The translations under genes and the position numbers were made by a program. This document shows positions 57,780-64,000 of a stretch of DNA of 64,000 nucleotides, piece by piece (positions within the stretch are counted from its first letter, which is position 1; each line of letters opens with the position of its first letter). Location: NCBI RefSeq assembly GCF_009914755.1, contig NC_060932.1; one strand, given 5' to 3'. Below the pieces are notes generated by a model. The model saw nothing but the letters and a program-made list of their open reading frames with translations, made no database searches and was not told where the DNA came from. Source of the stretch: the human T2T-CHM13v2.0 reference genome, Homo sapiens.

Positions 57780-58340
57780 TCTTTTTATCCCATATTCGTG
57801 GATACAGCATATTTTCTTCTTTTTCATTTTGCGTTCGGCCACATGACTTTGGTGAATAGAATGGGCCAGAGTGACTGTGAATCAATTCCAAGCCTAGGCC
57901 TTAAGAAGTTTTGCATGTTTCTCTCTTTGTGCTTTGAAGCATCTGCTATCAATATGGGAGGCACAGTTAGTACTCTGGATCCAGGAGAAGGATGAGATAT
58001 GTGGAGCAGAGCCACACAGTTAGTTCTCTGGATCCACAGTTAGTACTCTGGATCCACAGTTAGTACTCATCCACAGTTAGTACTCTGGATCCAGGAGAAG
58101 GATGAGATATGTGGAGCAGAGCCACAGCTGTCCAGTGAATCCCAGACTAGATTAGACAAATAGACTCTCAGATGCAACTGTGGGGCTAGTTGGGGTCAGC
58201 AGAGCTGCCCAGGTAAGCTCAGTCTAGACCAGTCTTCCCTCAGCCAATACACATTTAGATGGGAATAAATAAATTGTTGTTTCAAGTAGCTGAATTTTGG
58301 AATTTTTTTTAGAGTATTTTCATGGCATTTTTTACAACAT
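57780..58340 (+). mobile_element. MLT1 (H/I/J-like) LTR
   Basis: ggccacatgactttgg..aatagaatgg, ttccaagcctaggccttaag, aataaataaattgttgtttcaag. Confidence 0.7.
57962..58126. repeat. nested tandem repeat (20-bp and 33-bp units)
   Basis: A=cacagttagtactctggatc, B=caggagaaggatgagatatgtggagcagagcca; order A-B-A-A-A'-A-B. Confidence 0.92.
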
Positions 58341-58650
58341 GTATGTTTATTGAAGGATATCTTCTTAGGCCTAGAATTGCTCTGACAGTGAATATTTCCC
58401 TAATTTAGTGCATTATAGATTCATTCTTTATTAATGTTTAATTTTTAATGGTAAAAATACAACCTAAGTCATTTAAGGTCTCCATCTGTAATATCTATAT
58501 TGAAAAATCTACCCAACCAAATTACCATCCAGAAAACATTAATCCTTATAGTTAATTCTTACCTTATTTGTTAATAACATTTATTTGTATTAATTATAGA
58601 TATGGACGTTGTATTTTTATCAAAGGATACAACTCAATGTAAGACAGTCA

Positions 58651-60177
58651 GAGAGAGGTGGAGCAAGATGGTGAAATAGAAAGATCCACCAATCCCTGCC
58701 CCTACAAGGACACCAAATCAACAACTAAGAAATAAAACGCCTTCATAAGAACCAAAAATCAGATGAGCACTCATAGTACCTGGTTTTAACTTCATATCGC
58801 TGAAAGAGGCAATGAAGAGAGAACACAGCAATTATGAGTCATTGAACTCAGTGCTGTCCTGTTAGAGCAGAAAGGAAAACCAGACCAAACTCAGCTGATG
58901 CCTGCCCAAAGAAGGTGCATTTAAACTAGCTGTAGCCAGAGGGGAATTGCCTATGTAAGTGGTCCAAACTTGAGTGCTCACAAACCTCACCACTCAGTGC
59001 CCAAGTTCTCTTGGTCTCTAAGTAAACCTGAAAGGCAGTCTAGGCCATAAAGGCTGCACCTCTTAGATGAGTCCTAGGGCTGAACTAGGCCCAGAGACAG
59101 TGAACTGGTTGGGAATGGAACATACTGAGACATCAGCTGGGGCAGCCAAGGGAGTACTGGCATTACCCCTCTTCTAACCCTAGGCTGCACAGCTTGCAGC
59201 TCCAGAGATCCCTTCCTTCCACTTGAGGAGAGAAGAGGGAAGAGTGGGGAGAATTTTGTCTTGCATCTTGTATACCAGCTCAGCCACAGCAGGATAGGGT
59301 ACTGGTCAGAGCCATGAGGTCCCTGCCCCAGGCCCTAGCTCTTAGATGACATTTCTAGACATACCCTGGGCCAGAAGGGAGCCCTCTGCCTTGAAGTAAA
59401 GGACCCAGTCCTGCCAGCATTCATCAACTGAAGAGCCATTTGGCCCTAAATAACCAGAGATACTACAGATAACCAGACACTACATTGAAGACCTTGGTGA
59501 GCCTCCGAGACTTGCTGGCTTCGGGTACCAGCACTGTCACAGGGGCGTAGAGCACCAAGCGGGCTTTTGGGTCCCTGATTCCAGGATTTTATTCTTAAAT
59601 GGCATTTCTGGACCTGCCCTGGGCCAGAGGGGAGCCCACTGCTTTGAAGGGTGAGTCCCAGGCCAGGCAGCATTCACCACAAGTTGACTTAAGAGACCTT
59701 GGGCCTGAAGGGAACATCAGTGGTAATATGGCAGTACTCCTCATGGCCTGGGGTGGTGGTGGCTACAGCATGAGGCTCCTGTGCCTTTGGAAAGGGGAGG
59801 GAAGAGTGAGAAGAACTGCATCTTATGATTTGAGTGCCAAGTCAGCCACAATACAATAGAATATCAGGCAGAATTCTAAGGTTTTTGACTCTAGTCACTG
59901 ACTCCAGGATGACACTTCTGGACCCACTCGAGGCCCAGAGGACCTCGCTGCCCTGAAGGGAAGGACACAGGTCTGGCTGGCTTTGCTCACCTGCTGACTG
60001 TAAAGTCCCAGGGTCTTGAAAGCACCTATGCAGTAGCCAGGGAGTGGTTATAGCAGGCCTTGGGTGAGACCCAGTGCTATGCTGGCTTCAGGTCTCACCC
60101 AGTGCAGTCATAGTGGTAGAGGCCAAAAGTGGAGCTTGTGTCACTCCATCCCCATCTTTAGTTTAGTGGCTCTAAAC

Positions 60178-60208
<31 letters not shown>

Positions 60209-62044
60209 AACTATGTTTGGGAAAAAGTAAGGGAAGAGAACAAGAGTCTCTGGTAATCCAGAGAATTCTCCCAGATCTTGTCTAAGACCTTCAAGGTGGT
60301 ACCTCCATAAGTCTTCAAGAACCATAGTGTTACTGGGCTAGGGCGCTCCCTAAAGCAGAAACAGCTTAGATCACAACACCCAAGTCTTTTGTAATATCTG
60401 GAAATTCTTCCTGAGAAGTACAGCTGCAAATAAGCCCAGACAGTGAACACTGCAATAAATAACTAACTCTTTCAATGCCCAGACTCAGAAGAGCATCTAC
60501 TAGCATCAGCACCATCCAGGAAAACAAGACTTCACCAAATGAGTTAAATAAGGCATCAGGGATCAAACCTGGAGAAACAGGGATATATAACCTTTCAGAC
60601 AGACAACTCAAAATAGGTGTGTTGAGGAAATGCAAAGAAATTCAAGATAACACAGAGAAGAAATTCAGAATTCTATCAAATAAATTTAACAAAGAGATTA
60701 AAATAATTTAAAAAGAATCAAGAAGAAATTGTGGACCTGAAAAGTGCAATTGATATACTGAAGAATGCATCAGAGTCCTTTGATAACAGAATTGATCAAG
60801 CAGAAGAAAGGATTAGTGAGCTTGAAGACAGGATATATGAAAACAAACAGCCAGAGGAGACAAAAAAAAAAAAAAAAAGAATAAAAAACAATGAAGCATG
60901 CCTTCAGGATCTAGAAAATAGCCTCAAAAGGGCAAATTTAAGAGTTAATGACCTTAAAGTGGAGCTAGAGAAAGAGATAAGGGTAGAAAACTTATTCAAA
61001 GGGATAATACACAGAGAACTTCCCAAGCCTAGAGAAATATATTAATATCCAAGTACAAGAAGGTTACAGAACACCAAGCAGAATTAACTCAAAGGAAACT
61101 ATCTCAAAACATTTACTAATCAATCTTGCAAAATTCAAGGATAAATAAAGGATCCTAAAAGCAGCAAGAGAAAAGAAACAAATACCCTACAACAGAACTC
61201 CCATATGTCTGGTAGTAGACTTTTCAGTGGAAACCTTACAGACAAGGTGAGAGTGGCATGACAATTTAAAGTGTTGGAAGAAAAAAAAAACTTTTACCCT
61301 AGAATAGTATATCTGTAAAAATATCTTTCAAACATGAAAGAGAAATAAAGACTTCCAGAGACAAACAAAAGCTGAGGGATTTCATCAACACCAGACCTAT
61401 TCTACAAGAAATACTAAATGCAGTGCTTCAATCAGAAAGAAAAGGACAATCAGAAGCAAAAGATAATCATCCAAAAGTACAAATCTCACTAGAAATAGTA
61501 AGTACACAAAAAAACCCACAGGATGTTATAACACTGTAACTGTGGTGTGTAAACTACTCCTAAGTAGAGAGACTAAGCAATGAACCAATAAAAAATAACC
61601 ACAACAACTTCTCAAGATATGGTCAGTACAGTAAGACATAAATATAAATAACAAAAACTTAAAAGGTAGAAGGAAGAAGTTAAGGCAAGTTTTTATTAGT
61701 TTTCTTTTGTTTGTTTGTTTTTTGTTTATGCAAATAGTGTTAGGTTGTTATCAGGTTAAAAAAAATGGGTTATGAGATAGTATTTGCAAACTTCTTGGTA
61801 ATCTCAAACCCAAAAACATACAATGGATACACAAAGAATAAAGAGCAAGATGCTGAATCATATCACCGGAGAAAATCTTCACTCGAGGAAGACAGGAGTG
61901 AAAGAAGGAAGAGAAAACCACAAAACAACCAGAAAGCAAATAACAAAATGACAGGAGTAAGTTTTTACTTATCTATAATGACACTGAATAGTGAGTCCCA
62001 ATATATATTATATATATATATTAAATTGTTGGCTGGGCACGGTG

Positions 62045-62113
<69 letters not shown>

Positions 62114-63828
62114 CACATACACACACACCCAGCACTGGAGCACCAGGATATTTAAAGAAAATATTATTACAGCTAGAGAGAGATAGGCCCCCCTACAGTA
62201 AGAGCTGGAGACTTTAATTCTCCACTTTCAGCACTGAACAGATCTACCAGACAGAAAAACAACAAAGAAATATCAGACTTAATCTGCACTATAGATCAAA
62301 TGGATCTAATAGATATTTACAGAACGTTTTATCCAAGAGCTGCAGAATACACATTCTTTTCCTCAGTCTGTGGGTCATTCTCAAGAATAGAGCATATGTT
62401 AAGTCACAAAACAAGTCTTAAAACATTCAAAAATGGAAATAATATCAAACATCTCATCTGACCACAATGTAATAAACCTAGAAATTAGTATTAAGAGGAA
62501 TTTTGGAAACTATGCAAATATATGAAAATTAAACCATATGCTCCTGAATGGCCAGTGGGTCAATGAAGAAATTAAGAAGGAAATTGAAATTTTTTTAAAC
62601 AAATGATAAGGAAAACACAACATACCAAAACCTATGGGATACAGCAAAAGCAGTACCAAGAGGGAATTTTATGGCTATAAGTGCCTACATCAAAGAAAAA
62701 AAAGGAAAATCTTCAAATAAAAAAATCTAATGATGCATCTTAAATAACTAGAAAAGCAAGAGCCAACCAAACCCCAAATTAGTAGAAGAAAAGAAATAAA
62801 GATCAGAGCAGAAATAAATGAAAATGAAAAAAAGATCAATGAAACCAAAAGATGTTTTTTTGAAAAGTTAAACAAAATTGACAAACTTTTAGCTAGGCTA
62901 AGAAAAGAGAAGATCCAAATAAATAAAACCAGAAATGAAAAAGAAGACATTACAACTGATACTTCAGAAATGCAAAGGATCATTAGTAGCCATTATGAAC
63001 AACTATTTGCCAATACATTTGAAAATCTAGAACAAATTTCTAGATACATACAACCTACCAAAATTAAACCAGAAAGAAATTCAAAACCTGAACAGACCAA
63101 TAACAGGTAATGAGATCAAAGACATCATACATCATCTCCCAGTAAACAAAAGCCTAAGACCTGGTGGCTTCACTGCTGCATTCTACCAAACATTTGAAGA
63201 ACTAATACCAATATTTCTCAAACTATTTTAAAAAATAGACAAGGAGGGAATACTTCCAAACTCATTATGCAAAGCCAGTATTACCCCGATACCAAAACTA
63301 GACAAAAAGAAAACCACAGGCCAATATCTCTGATAGATATTGATGCAAAAGTACTCAACAAAATACTAGTAAACGGAATTCAACAACACATTAGAAAGAT
63401 CATTCATCATGATGAACTGGGATTTATCCCTGGGATGCAAGGATGGTTCGACATATGCAAAGTAATCAATGTGATACATCATATCAACAGAATGAAGGAC
63501 AAAAACCATATGATTATTTCAATTGATGCTAAAAAAGCATATGACAAAATTCCACATCCCTTGATGATAAAAACCATCAAAAAAACTGAGGATAGAACGA
63601 ACATACCTCAACATAATAAAAACCGTATGCAACAGATCCACAGATAGTATCATACTGAATGGGAAAAAACTGAAGATCTAATATCTGGAACATGACAAGG
63701 ATGCTCACTCTTACCCTGTTATTCAACATAGTACTGAAAGTCCTAGCTGGAGCAGTCAGACTAGAGAAAGATATAAAGGGCATCCGAATTGGAAAGGAAG
63801 AGTCAAATTATCTTTGTTTGCAGGTGAT
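58651..63828 (+). mobile_element. L1PB/L1MA-era element with intact 5' end: 5' UTR, ORF1 and ORF2 up to the RT catalytic motif; frameshifted
   Basis: Starts gaggtggagcaagatgg. ORF1 remnants RIDQAEERISELED (60731-61045). ORF2 start atgacaggagtaagt at ~61948. RT remnant [20 protein letters not shown]...[10 protein letters not shown] (63267-63647). Confidence 0.95.
62049..62106. repeat. (AT)29 perfect microsatellite followed by (CA)n
   Basis: Uninterrupted AT run. Confidence 0.95.
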
Positions 63829-64000
63829 CTGCTCTGATCTTTATTTCTTTTCTTCTACTAATTTGGGATTTGGTTGGCTCTTGCTTTTCTAGTTATTTAA
63901 GATGCATCATTAGATGTTTTTATTTGAAGTTTTGCCTTTTTTTTTCTTTGATGTATGCACTTATGGCCATAAACTTCCCTCTTAGTACTGCTTTTGCTGT
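63828..64000 (-). mobile_element. inverted copy of L1 ORF2 segment 62641-62812 (runs off the window)
   Basis: Its reverse complement aligns to 62641-62812 with about 9 differences in 172 nt by manual count. Confidence 0.9.

Noticed and set aside
57962-58126. CRISPR-like repeat/spacer appearance
   Set aside because: Eukaryotic LTR context, the 'spacers' are identical rather than unique, and there are no cas genes. It is a VNTR.
58651-63828. Potentially active full-length L1
   Set aside because: ORF1 and ORF2 carry many stops and frameshifts, the endonuclease region is deleted, and the element breaks at the RT motif.

Overview
AT-rich, CpG-depleted primate DNA, almost certainly human: it holds an AluYa5 with all five diagnostic changes. 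The window looks intronic or intergenic and is mostly interspersed repeats. These are about 12 Alus, four multi-kb L1 relics, MaLR elements (THE1, MST, MLT1), MER4- and LTR16-type LTRs, L2/MIR, and small Tigger2 and MER45 DNA transposons. No intact protein-coding gene is visible. The protein-like ORFs in the track are Alu, L1 or MaLR remnants; the rest look like chance or low-complexity ORFs. The most notable unexplained signals are three. (i) Three candidate + strand microexons (20, 11 and 29 nt) each shift frame alone but sum to 60 nt and read open when joined. (ii) Fold-back and templated-insertion scars recur: nested palindromes at 4.1-4.5 kb, a ~175-bp palindrome at 40.5 kb, an inverted insert at 49.1 kb, and an inverted self-duplication of an L1 at the right edge. 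(iii) Several nested or deletion-rearranged retroelements. Subfamily names come from recalled consensus sequences, not from a database search. Boundaries of old repeats are approximate.
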